Of a stretch of 64,000 nucleotides of DNA, positions 27,908-40,407 are shown piece by piece; position 1 is the first letter of the stretch; every line of letters begins with the position of its first letter. The position numbers were made by a program, and so were the translations under genes. Below the pieces are notes generated by a model. It worked only from the letters and a program-made list of their open reading frames with translations, did no database searches and was not told the origin of the DNA. Source of the stretch: Octopus sinensis (lineage: Eukaryota); the NCBI RefSeq assembly GCF_006345805.1, contig NC_043009.1, forward strand, positions 39,122,001-39,186,000, written 5' to 3'.

Positions 27908-27997
27908 ATTTCATTCTACACGTGTTTCGAAAGGCACAATTTACCAAAATCCGATTGAATAATGGGACCATTTGTGTCTTTCTCCTTCAGGAAAAAT
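27908..27997 (-). ncRNA. Hammerhead ribozyme motif, second copy (one extra G in the CUGANGA box as assembled)
   Basis: Reverse-complement copy of 30050-30140; reads CTGAAGGA instead of CTGAAGA. Confidence 0.55.
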
Positions 27998-30049
27998 AGG
28001 AAATCCGTTGGAAAAACAAAAACAAACAGAGGCGGAGCAAAACAAATCGAACTAGGCTCCTAAGAGCCATGGCGAAACTGTTTATCAGTGTATGTTGAGA
28101 ACCGGTGGCTGAAGATTTAGCGGATCAGGCATCGGTCAATCATGTGGGTGAGGGTGTGTAGATGTTCTTGTGACCGAGAATAATTCTGACTATTTAAGGA
28201 AATATTGGATGTTTTATAAGGGGCGAGAAAAAATCTACTTAGAGACGTGTGTATGTATACTGTTCTATATATGTGTGTGCTGGCGTAGGGTAGAAAACAT
28301 TTTGTGTACGTGTGTGCGTTTTGATCGTTCGGCTGTCAGTGGCTACTGCTGTGAGAACCGTTGGGTGGCAGAAAAAAAATATATATATTATGTTTTATGT
28401 GTGTGTGTGTTCATCTAAGCCCCTTGTCAAGGAAACCCCCGTTGTGAAAAAAACCAAGTCCCGTTTTATCTTACAGGAGTAATTCCCCTTGCAGTGGTTA
28501 ATGTAGATATCTTAAAGGCTATTTCAGAATTTGTTACCAAGGCTATGGGTGCCGGTATTATTTATAAATGCTATTTAAAAGCCAGATAAGTGTAACGCCC
28601 GCCAATGGGGGCATCGAAAAGCCGACTGTAAAAGCCCGTTACCATCCGCCTCTGGCAAACAAATATGGAAGAGTTCGGAGACACAAAGTTTGCACTGCCT
28701 TCTGCCCCTATCAAATGGGAGGGCCCCGACAAAATTGACCATTCCAGCCTGTAGCTTAAGTTCGTATCCTTCAGTCGCCATATTAGCTTACTGAGTCCCG
28801 TGGTCTGGCGCTTGTTCATGTCCCGAAAAGTTGCGTAATGGTTGGAGACTCGCACAGACAATCTTGAGGATGGGCCCCTACATAAGTGAAGACATCTGAG
28901 TCCGTGAAACTTGCATTGGTAGACGGCGTTTTTTGATCTTGGAGTTCGCCGACGTGACTTATTCTGCTAGGATTAATTTCTGAAATTAGAACTGCGTTCC
29001 TGTCACTATTTTCGTTCCGAGACCGCATCCGCTTACTACTCTATTTTCCACTACGTCACTATTAACTATAGGAATAACCCCTGATTCTCCACTATCTATC
29101 AGAGTGCTGTCATTGCTAGTGCCCGTGGTGCTGCTATTGCGGGAAATGATGCTGGGGATGCTATTGGGGCTCTCTACCCTACTCCCATTGTTACCGTCAA
29201 CCACAACACCCCTATTTTAACTATACCCCTAGTGGGTACTCCCTGGCTGGAGCTGAGATTATGTGTCACTGTACTGGCTCTCATATCATTATTACTACTA
29301 TAATTATTCCTACTGAGCATTATAACCGGGAGCGGAAGAGGCTGTGCCTCCGGAAAAAGGTGATAGGGTCTTAGTAAGTAGCCTATTATTATGGGAGGCG
29401 ATTATCTGGGCGAGGTTTTTAGTGTTGGAGAAAGCTATCCTAACTTTATGCGAGTTAACCGTGGAGTATATTTGAATTTCTGGGGAAGTTATTGGCGATG
29501 GCTTGTCTAAACATGAGGGGGAGGTTAGTTCTAATCTGCTTACCAAAGGGGATTACAAACCATATATGCTTATTCCTATCAGTGTGATGGGTCGGGACGC
29601 CAGCTCTCGCATTCGGGTGGGTGATTCTCGGATGAATAACGGGTCTTGGGTTAGTGTAAGACCTCCCGGACCGATAATATCCTTGTTCGCTAAATTAAAT
29701 GCGGGAGCGACTACCCCGGCATCGCTGCGCTCCCGTCCTTACTTAAATTGTTAATGTTATTATATACGGCCCTATCCTGATGACCGAATGATGGCATCGG
29801 AAGGGCCGGATCAATATAAATTACCTTCTGCCTATAACCGGCCTTGGATAGTGCGGCGTTATAAAATTCCGCTTTCTGCATAAAAATATCGGCACTGGCG
29901 GACAAGCCAGACAATCTTAGAGATGTTTTTAACCAATTGTCTGTTACGGTTTTGGCATGATTTGAGAAGACACTGACATACTTCAAATTAGTGGAAGGCT
30001 TATGGTAAGGGCAGTATGAGTCGCTATTAAGGTTTCCAACGGATTTCCT

Positions 30050-30140
30050 ATTTCTTCCTGAAGAGAAAGACACAATATGGTCCCATTATTCAATCGGATT
30101 TTGGTAAATTGTGCCTTTCGAAACACGTGTAGAATGAAAT
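30050..30140 (+). ncRNA. Type I minimal hammerhead ribozyme
   Basis: Stem I ATTTCTTC (30050-57) / GAATGAAAT (30132-40, one bulge). Core CTGAAGA 30058-64. Stem II GAAAGACACAAT / ATTGTGCCTTTC (11 of 12 pairs). GAAA 30120-23. Stem III AC-ACGT-GT with a palindromic loop. Cleavage triplet GUA ending at 30131. Confidence 0.8.
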
Positions 30141-30187
30141 AAAACGATTCTGTTTCAATCTGCGTTCAGCTCCATTTCTCAATTCAC

Positions 30188-30270
<83 letters not shown>

Positions 30271-30711
30271 TAGGGCACAGCTTGTATGTATGAGAGGGTT
30301 GGGCTGCGTGAATCTTTGGACGAATTTTTCTATTATTGGCCTGGATTACTTAATGCCTAGTAATTTAATTTGATAGACGGAAACTGTGCAGAAACATATC
30401 GTTTGTCACAGTGACAACCGGTGTAGATTTGCATGAGTCCCTATAATTTAGCAGACCAACAAAATAAAATTTTGATATTGTAGTGGTCTCGATCTAGTCG
30501 ACAACGAAACCCGTCAAGGAAGTGTTCTAGCGTGGCTGATGCCTAACAATTGTAACAACTTAAAGAATAAACCAATAAAAGATCAATATATGCAAAGATT
30601 TGTAGATGTATGAAATTATACGTTGATATCCTTCATAAAAGGCATCAGAAATTATACTAGCTAGAGGTAAGAATGTTATTAGTGAATGGGTTTTATATAT
30701 TGTGCGTGTGC

Positions 30712-30752
<41 letters not shown>

Positions 30753-30852
30753 CACACACATGCATATATATATGCACATGTATACCCATATAAACTCTCC
30801 CTCCCGCCTTCTCCATCTCTCTCTCTCTCTTCTAATATACATACATACATAT

Positions 30853-30895
<43 letters not shown>

Positions 30896-30993
30896 TATAG
30901 TTCTATCAACCGGTTATTATCATCGTTTGCTCAAAGGATATCATAGAATATATGAAAATATAAGTGTGAGTATAAGTATACATGTGTATGTGC

Positions 30994-31034
<41 letters not shown>

Positions 31035-31264
31035 CTGGATTGCCATTTTTATTATGGGTACCTCCTTTTATATATCTGCCTGCTTCCTATTGAATAATAA
31101 TATTTACCCAATATTACCATTCATTATACGACAGCTTAGAACACGTAAGTACCAAATTGAGATGAGACACTAGCTAGCTTGTACAGGAGAACTATTCGGA
31201 ACGTATATATTTATGCCATAGATAATAGACAGTAAGAGATAACAAAAGTGACACAATGAAACTG

Positions 31265-31312
<48 letters not shown>

Positions 31313-32966
31313 TTAATAATAATAATAATAATAACAACAACAACAACTACAATAATAGTAATATTAATACTGGTCGAGATCAAGAGGAAGAGAATTATAT
31401 ACTACTAAGAATGTGTCTCATAAACCCCGTAGTCCAAATCTATGGAGTATGATCAAAATGTTAACACCTGCTTCCTCTATCAATGTCAGACACTATTAAA
31501 AGGTTTTTAACAGGAAAAATTTCTCATTTTTTGGCAACCAATATACTTATTAACAAATCGGAAAGTCTCCCTTTATTTCTGGAATTTTTTTTTTTTCCTT
31601 TTCTATTTACGGAACTGACAATAATAAAAAGACTATAGAAATTCCATTAGCAATATTACATAGCGATGTAAAATACTTTCATAAACTCTTCTTCTGTAAG
31701 TAGCACTACGCAATTATTTATAATACTTGTTTATTGTTTCTTGTTTTTTTTTTTTTTCGAGGGGTGGGGTTGGGGGTAGGGAATATTTTGCGTAGTCTCC
31801 TTCGTATATTTAACTGCGTGTTTAATCCATTTATTTCAGTAATATGTTATTTCCATTCATAAAAACAAAAAAAAAAATGATGACGATAGAAATGTTTTTG
31901 CCTAAATGAAGATGAAAGCAAAAAACAAAAGAAACAAAAATAAAAACAAACAACAACAAAAACAACAATAATAATAACAACAATAATAATAATTGCAACA
32001 ACAACAACAACAACAACAATAATAATAGTAATAATAATAATAATAAAGTTGCGTAAGACCATATAGATACACTGTGAAGATGAGAGTATCTGTATGTTCG
32101 TATGAATGTGAGTATAAGCCCATGTAACAGTGAGAGAGAGAGAAAGAGAGGGAGAGAGAAATAGAGGGAAAGAGAGAAAAAAGAGAGAGAGACGGTTGTG
32201 TATGGATGAGTGTCCGTGTAAGAGCGAAAGTGAGAGACAAAGAGAGAGGGAATTTTCGTGTAGGAGTGAGAGAGAGTGAAGGAAAGAGAGAGTGGCACTA
32301 ATTTAAATAATTCAATTAAAACGACTTCAAAAGCATCGGTTATTACCTCGTGTTTATTAAGTATATTTGTGAATTCTATTTCACATAAACAAGCTCAATA
32401 CGTATTATTTGTTTCTTTCTCGGAGTTTACCAAGTAAACATGTTTGCAAGTTGTATTTGAATAGCGTCTGTTTAAGGTTGACTAGAAACATTACCACGAA
32501 ACAAATATATTACTGTTTCAAACAGAACATTTCAACTATCATCGTTTGAATCACCAATATATTTTTGTTTTTATAAAGTTTCATAAAAATTTTATATTTA
32601 TTGTACATATTAATAAATGTAGATATATATATATATATTATTGTTTTTTTTTAATGTATAGCTATATAAAAATATGTAGAGAAGGATCATTCAATATATT
32701 TAAGTAGAATAACATTTGTTGTTATTTTTTTATATATAAGGGTATGGTTGAGAGTGATTTCGAAGTTTCACTCAGGGATAGGTTCTTCATAATGTCTGAC
32801 GAAAGCAACGATCGTGGAAATTTTGAAGTCAAAGTCAACCCTTAAATTGTATGTTCGTCTATCCGTACGTACGTACCTATGTATGTATGTAACGTGCATA
32901 CATGTATGTATACATGTATGCCTATATATTATATATATATATATAATATATGTATGCATGTATGCC

Positions 32967-33000
<34 letters not shown>

Positions 33001-33556
33001 ATTGTTCCAGCATGGCCACAGTCAAATGACTGAAACAAGTAAAAGAGTATATATATATATATATATATATATGCATGCATTTGATTACAGATTATTTATT
33101 CTTCCTTATTTATGTCACTGGACTAAATATTTGTGGATGTGTATGTAGCGTTTACGGTTAAACGGCGTAGTAATGAAAGGAGTTTTCTTATGTCTAGTAC
33201 CAATTAGTGATCTTTATCGTACCAAATACTAAAAATTTGAATCTCCGATATGGTTTACTATATCACTAAAGAGCTTGTGCCGGTTCATCAGGAGCCTGGT
33301 CACTCTCCAATATCTGAAACCTGAGAAAGAAAACCAGATTGTTAGAATATATTTGCATATGTATGTATATACGTACGTACGTATGTATGTATGTATGTAT
33401 GTATGTATGTATGTATGTATGTATGTATGTATGTATGTATGTATGTACGTACGTATGTATGTATGTATGTATGTAGGTATGTATGTATGTATGTATGCAT
33501 GCATGCATGCTTGCATGTATGTATGTATGTATGTATGTAGGTAGGTAGGTAGGTAG

Positions 33557-33776
33557 GTGGCAGAAACGTTAGCACGCCGGGCGAAATGCTTAGCGGTATT
33601 TCGTCTGCGTTACGTTGTGAGTTCAAATTCCGCCGAGGTCGACTTTGCCTTTCATCCTTTCGGGGTCGATAAATTAAGTACCAGTTACGCACTGGGTTCG
33701 ATGTAATCGACTTAATACCTATGTCTGTCCTTGTTTGTCCCCTCTGTGTTTAGCCCCTTGTGGGTAATAAAGAAAT
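33557..33776 (+). mobile_element. SINE family A with 'tail 1', inserted in a (TAGG)n/(TATG)n microsatellite
   Basis: GGCAGAAACGTTAG head, GAGTTCAAATTCC B-box-like motif, central GCCTTTCATCCTTTCGGGGTCGATAAATTAAGTACCAG (resembles the Meta/MESC SINE domain, from recall), tail ending AATAAAGAAAT; gtag repeats on both sides. Confidence 0.88.
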
Positions 33777-33849
33777 AGGTATGCAGGTAGGTAGGTACTT
33801 ATGATAGTCTGCACGTATGGTTAATGTCTATGTATATGTGTGTGCATAT

Positions 33850-33889
<40 letters not shown>

Positions 33890-34399
33890 ATACACATACA
33901 CATATTCCACATTCTCTCATTTTGCATTTCCTATGTCCAGAATTTGTCCGAGATAAGGTAGACAGTGATATCATAGCAGAACTTCCAATATTACTTCATT
34001 TACTGAAAGTGACGTCAGTTCACCTAAAGCAACATATACAATGAAATTCATGTTATGAAATATATTAGTCTAATTCAGCAATTATTGCTAAAATACGTAG
34101 AATGTTGTCAGATGGTCGTGTACGAAATTAGAAATCGTTAAATTTTAATGCGATTAAAAGAAAATGATTTGGAAACGATGCAAAGGTAGAATCTAAACTT
34201 TTAAAGTGCTTTAGGGCATCAATATATTTCATATTTTCCTTGAAGAATTCCTATCGAAACAATAAAAGAATTAACGTGATTTCAACATCAAGCTGAGGTT
34301 TCCGTGCTACGTCTCTGTTTAAGAACAGTTCATTGCTGAATCAGTAAAATGGCATAGCTGCTTCGCTTTGTCTTCTTCTGTAGCACTATATTTCGTTTA

Positions 34400-34612
34400 C
34401 TCTTTTACTCTTTTACTCTTTTAATTGTTTCAGTCATTTGACTGCGGCCATGCTGGAGCATTGCCTGTAGTCGAGCAACTCGACCCCAGGACTTATGCTT
34501 TGCAAGCCTAGTACTTATACTATCGGTCTGTTTTGCCGAACCGCTAAGTTAATGAAATATAAACACACCAGCATCGGTTGTCAAGCGATGCTGGGGGGGA
34601 CAAACACAGGTA

Positions 34613-34649
<37 letters not shown>

Positions 34650-34681
34650 ACACACACAAACACACACACACAAACAAACAA

Positions 34682-34732
<51 letters not shown>

Positions 34733-34894
34733 TACGAAAGGCTTTCAGTTTCCATCTACAAGATCCACTCAGAAGGCTTTGGTCGACCCGAGGCTATAGT
34801 AGAAGACACTTACCCAAGGTGCCACGCAGTGGGACTGAACCTGGAACCGTGCGGTTCGTAAGCAAGCTATTTAGCATACAGCCACTCCTACGCC
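34400..34894 (-). mobile_element. SINE family C, full length, with internal (TA)n(TG)n tract
   Basis: Minus-strand head GGCGTAGGAGTGGCTGTATGCTAA...GGTTCAGTCCC (A/B-box-like); same layout at 35695-36058 and 58905-59390. Confidence 0.85.
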
Positions 34895-35444
34895 TGTACT
34901 TATTAACTTTTTCAAAATCTTTTTTTATGACTGTCTTTGTATCTGACAACCTATCTTTACTTTTCCTCTCCGTTGTCCCTCCGTCTCCTTCAATCAGTCT
35001 GTCTGTTTGTCAGTTTTTCTATCTGTACGTCTGACTAACCATCTATATGTCTGTCTTTGTGCGTCAGTCTATATATATATATATGACGATTGCCTCATCT
35101 TCTCAGATGATAGCAGTCACAGAATGGACTATATAGACAATAGCGTCGCATTTAGGTCGCCGTAGCAGGTTACAGTGATAAGCATTGCAAGATGTCTAGC
35201 ACTATTTTGACTGCAAGGTTTCTGTCAGAGTATCTTTCTCCTTGAAGAGTTTTCTTCCCCACAGCTTTGTCAAAATAACCACCATCTCCTCTACCCTAGA
35301 GAAATCGATTTAACCCATAGATAGAACCTGAAGAGGTATTCCTGTTCGGGGTCAGAGCAAGACTGGGAGTAATGGTAAATAAGGGGCAACTCCACGCCGG
35401 CCACACCTCAGAAATCAAAAAGTCCCAACTGACGTAGTTTAATG

Positions 35445-36058
35445 CCAATTGCTAGCAGAATTCTTAGCGCGCCAGGCGAGATGCTTTCTGACATTTCCGC
35501 CCCTGTCTGTTCTGAGTTCAAACCCCATTGAGATTGATTTTGTCTTCTATCCTTTCGAGGCCGATAAAATGAGCACCAATCGAACACTGTGGTCATTGTA
35601 ATCGACTTACCACTTCCCCCAAATGGCTGGTTTTGTGCCAAAATTTGAAACCAATGTCATACTTATACATACATACAAACATGTGTATATATATATCTTT
35701 TACTTGTTTCAATCATTTGACTGTGGCCATGCTGGAGCACCGCCTTTAGTCGAGCAAATTGACCCCAGGACTTACTCTTTGTAAGCATTGTACTTATTCT
35801 ATCGGTCTCTTTTACCTAACCGCTAAGTTACGGGGGCGTAAACACACCAGCATCGGTTGTCAAGCGATGTTTGTGAGACAAACACAAACACAAATACACA
35901 CACACAGACACAAACACAGACACATATATATATATACGATGGGCTTCTTTCAGTTTCCGTCTTTCAGCTTTGGTGCCCAAGGTGGCACGCAGTGGGACTG
36001 AACCCGTAACCATCAGGTTGGTAAGCAAGCTACTTACCACACAACCACTCCGACGCCT
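35445..36058. mobile_element. Degenerate SINE family A (+, ~35445-35655) followed by SINE family C (-, ~35695-36058)
   Basis: Sequence matches to the copies at 33557 and 34400. Confidence 0.78.
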
Positions 36059-36758
36059 ATGATTATATATATATATAAAATATTATGCGTCTGTGTGTGT
36101 GTTTATGTGAATGCATATCAACATGTGTTACAAGGAATGAATGTTTATGTATGATTATAAATATGTACGTATACATGTACACTAATTATCACTTAGATTG
36201 CAAATACAAGGAGGGCTGAATATTTGGTGCAGCTTTTCGTGCTGAGATGGGTGAAGTAAAAAAAAAAATTCAGAAATTTTTTTCTTCAAAAATGTATCCT
36301 GCGGTATTTCACATGTGTAAATCAGAAAAATATTTCGGCACAAGTCCAAAATAAGTGTTAGGACCGTTTACCCAAAAGCAAGAAGAAAAAGATGGAAAAA
36401 CCCGTAAATTTTGAAAAGCGTTTTTCAGATAAGAAATATCTGAACAAGTAAAGAGAGCAGAAAAAGATTATATGTATGAAAGCACACTCACATACACACA
36501 CACGCTCGCAGGTACATTCACACGCACACCGACATGCACACGTACATGTATACCCACATGTACATGCACACGCACATGCATACCACACATATGCACATGC
36601 ACAACACAATACTCATATATATACACATAGAGATATGTAAATATATACACGCACACACGCATATATTATATATATATGTATATAACATATGTTTGTATAT
36701 ATATATATGTGTGTGTGTGTATATATAATATATATATATGTATATATGTATATATATA

Positions 36759-36811
<53 letters not shown>

Positions 36812-36940
36812 TATGTATGTATATATATATATATATATATAATCATAATAGTTTTCGCCTCAATAATATTCGTTTTCTGTGGAATGGTAGTTACATCTAT
36901 AGATCAAAACAGTTTGATTCAGAATCCTTGGCACTTTCAT

Positions 36941-37272
36941 GCGCGTGGCTAGTCTTCGGCCATTGGAGTCTGAATGAAAGTTCGATTGAAGAGAGTCAAT
37001 GTCCATAGTACGGTAATGGTTGTCTCTCTATTGCAAATTGTTGCTCTGACGTTCGTAAATGGCGCTCAACCTAGTTTAGAACTGTCGATAATCAAATTAT
37101 AATTGTTTCTCTCCTCACTCGTACAATTGCTCCAAAATGTGTTGAGCGACATTCACGAACGTCTAACCGCGAGTTTTGCAATAAAGAAAACAACCATTAC
37201 CGTACTATAAACATTGACTCTCTTTAATCGAACTCTCATTCAGACTCCAATGGCCGAAGACTAGTCACGCGC
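36941..37272. mobile_element. Fold-back MITE-like element (~130-bp inverted arms, 70-bp spacer)
   Basis: 36941-37070 vs reverse complement of 37141-37272, both starting GCGCGTG.CTAGTCTTCGGCCATTGGAGTCTGAATG; scattered substitutions. No clear TSD. Confidence 0.8.
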
Positions 37273-37334
37273 TTGTAAGTACATAAGACACCACTAAGCA
37301 TTTTATCCCGCGGGCTAAAAACAATAATAATTAA

Positions 37335-37559
37335 ACTTTCTACTATAGGTACAAGGCCTGAACTTTTGGGGAGTGGAATAGTCGATTACATCGACTCCAG
37401 TTTTTCATTAGAACTTAATTTATCGACCCAAAATGGTTCAAAGGCAAAGTTGATCTCGGGGAATTTGAACAAAGCACGCAACACGGACAAAATCCCGCTA
37501 TGAATTTCGTCCAATGTGTTAACAATTCTGCCAGCTCGCGGCCTTAGATAATAATAATA

Positions 37560-37598
<39 letters not shown>

Positions 37599-37617
37599 TA
37601 ATAATAATATAATAATA

Positions 37618-37652
<35 letters not shown>

Positions 37653-37664
37653 TGATGATGATAA

Positions 37665-37707
<43 letters not shown>

Positions 37708-38136
37708 TAATATAATTCTTTACACTGTAGGCACAGGCTTGAAATTGTGGGGGAGGAGGGAAAGTCGATTACATCGACCCTGTGCGTAACTGGTACTTAT
37801 TTAATCGACCCCAAAATAATGAAAGGCAAAGTCAACCTGGGCAGAATTTGAACTCAGAAGGTAGCAGCAGACGAAATACCTATTTCTTTACTACCCACAA
37901 GGGGCTAAACACAGAGAGGACAAACAAGGACACACAAACAGATTAAATCGATTATATCGGCCCCAGTGCGTAACTGGTACTTAATTTATCGACCCCGAAA
38001 GAATGAAAGGCAAAGTCGGTTTCGGCGGAATTTGAACTCAGAACGTAACGGCAGACGAAATACCAGCTACGCATTTCGCCCGGCATGCTAATGTTTCTGC
38101 CAGCTCGCCGCCTTGAATAATAATAATGATGAAATA

Positions 38137-38172
<36 letters not shown>

Positions 38173-38506
38173 ACTACTACTACTACTACTCTACTAACTA
38201 CTACTACTACTACTATACTAATAATAATAATACGCAATTCAATAATAAATTTATCATTACATTATTTCTACTCTGCACAAGGCCTTGAAAATTTTGGGGT
38301 AAGGGGCTAGTCGATTATATCGACCCCAGTGCGTAACTGGTATTTATTTCATCGACCCCTATAGGATGAAAGTTAAATCGACTCAGTGAATTCGAACTAA
38401 GACGCAAACAAGACCCAGAATAATATGCACTAAGCATTTCGCCCGCCGTGCCGATGATTCTGCCAGCTCGCCGCTTTAGATAATAGTAATAATAATAATA
38501 ATGATG

Positions 38507-38575
<69 letters not shown>

Positions 38576-38805
38576 GTAATATTAATAAAACTGTTTACAA
38601 ATTTTGGCACTAGGCCAGTGATTTAGGGGACGAGGTTAAGTCGATTTCATCGACACTAGTGTTCAATTGGTACCTACTTTATCGAGCCCGCAAAGATGAA
38701 AAGCAACATCGACCACGGTTGCATTTGAACTCAGAGCGTAATGACAGATGGAACGCCGCTAAGCATTTTATCTGGTATGCTAACGATGCTACCGCCTCTC
38801 TACCT
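37335..38805 (-). mobile_element. Array of five same-strand SINE family A units separated by (TAA)n/(CTA)n
   Basis: Units at about 37335-37545, 37718-38113 (dimer), 38270-38477 and 38595-38805, all minus strand. Confidence 0.85.
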
Positions 38806-40372
38806 TATTAAAGATAGTAATAATGATCATGATAACTATGTTGATGATGATATATGTGTCTGTGGGTATTTGCATGTGAGATTCGGTATATAAAATATCT
38901 TAATTTGTTTATGGAAGTGCATAAGAATATATTTGTTTTGTGTACATAACAGCGAGGGGAGAAAATAACAGAATATCTAGATGTTGTATATAAATGAATA
39001 CAATTGAAAACTTTTAAACTGAAGACACGGAATTAATGTTGACTTTATGTTTGAGCTAGATATTTAAAAAGTTTTTGTTGTTGTTGTTGTTGTTGTTGTT
39101 GTTATAGTTTTAAAATATCTGTCACCCTTTACATGTGGTGATTTCTTTAAAAAATTACCAACATTCATAAAGTATCGATTTAGTCAGGAAGGAGAGCTAC
39201 CTTAGTATTCATAGCAGTTTTTACCACCAAGAATCACTCGATTCATTAAGTCCGATGCAAACCTATATCCCCTCGGGGGAAAAGAATTCGAATTCAATGA
39301 AACAGCAATCGCTGCAGAAAATAATATTTTGTATATGATGGCTGCTTATAAGCAGTGGAAATGTTAGTTATGTTTCGATGGAAATCAATACGGTTCAGTA
39401 AAATAACATCTACAACCTCGAGGGCAAATATTTCTAGTTTATCTTTACAAGCCACATGTTGATATATCTTCGTTCCTTCTAGTTCGGTTCCCGCCTGTTT
39501 CTATTTTTGTTGTTGTTTTTTTTTTTTTTTTTGGCTTTTCTTTTCCTTCTTCTTCTCCCTCTGTCGCTAATGCATCTTCATCTGGTCTCTGTTATCCTTT
39601 CCTCCTATTCTTTGCTTATTTGTATCCAATTTTGCAATTCCTTTCTCTTGATGTTTAGTAGTACTATAATGGAGCGGTCCGGTGGCGGTTTGGCTTTGTT
39701 TGGTATTGTATATTTGAATCCAGAGATAGCAATGAAAAATTCCTCGTAGAAAGATGTGAATGCTTTGAAGTTGAATGTACATGCAATGCGTTTTGGTGTG
39801 CGTTTTTGTGTCAAAGAACGACCTTTTTAGCGCCTTTTATAAATGATGAACCTTATTGTACTGAATGTATTGTTAATAATATAGCTATATCTGAACCTTC
39901 ACAATAGTTGAACAATATTTCGTACCATATATACAACTAACATGCTTTATCGCATTTCAGAACACGCATCCTCTACGAGCACTGAAGCCTCACTGTTACA
40001 CACGCACACATCCACGCACACACACACACACACCACACACACACAAATACAAACAAACACACATACAAACATACCCACCCAGACATACACACAGGAATGC
40101 ACACGGAAGAACAAACAAACACACACACAATACATATACAAAGCATGCATTCACACACGATTCTGATGGATGATTCACTTCGTTTCTACACAGATATCCT
40201 CACTATGGGAGGAGATGACGAAACTTTGAGTAGTAAACTGAATGTAATCTCAATTTCGAACGGATAAATCCTCTACGTGTTTACAAATATTAATTACTGA
40301 TTTCTATGGATGTTACACGAAGCCATATAATATAATATAATATGATATAATATAATATAATATAATATTTAC

Positions 40373-40399
<27 letters not shown>

Positions 40400-40407
<8 letters not shown>

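Larger units (their letters stand above)
27851..30196 (-). mobile_element. 5'-truncated Penelope-like element (RT thumb + GIY-YIG endonuclease) with inverted 164-bp terminal repeats
   Basis: Minus-strand frames: YCPYHKPSTNLKYVSVFSNH...FYNAALSKAGY (PLE RT C-terminus), KVRIAFSNTKNLAQIIASHNNRLL, NAVYQC...TYVG (GIY-YIG motifs at 28916-28924 and 28876-28884), RVSNHYATF...TGLSKLIWRLK...YRLEWSIL, and ALPFDRGRRQCKLCVSELFHI. 27851-28014 is the reverse complement of 30033-30196. Confidence 0.9.

Noticed and set aside
39605-39814. Protein-like minus ORF (…FTSFYEEFFIAISGFKYTIPNKAKPPPDRSII…)
   Set aside because: No recognisable family and no clear splice sites; 69 codons is within chance.
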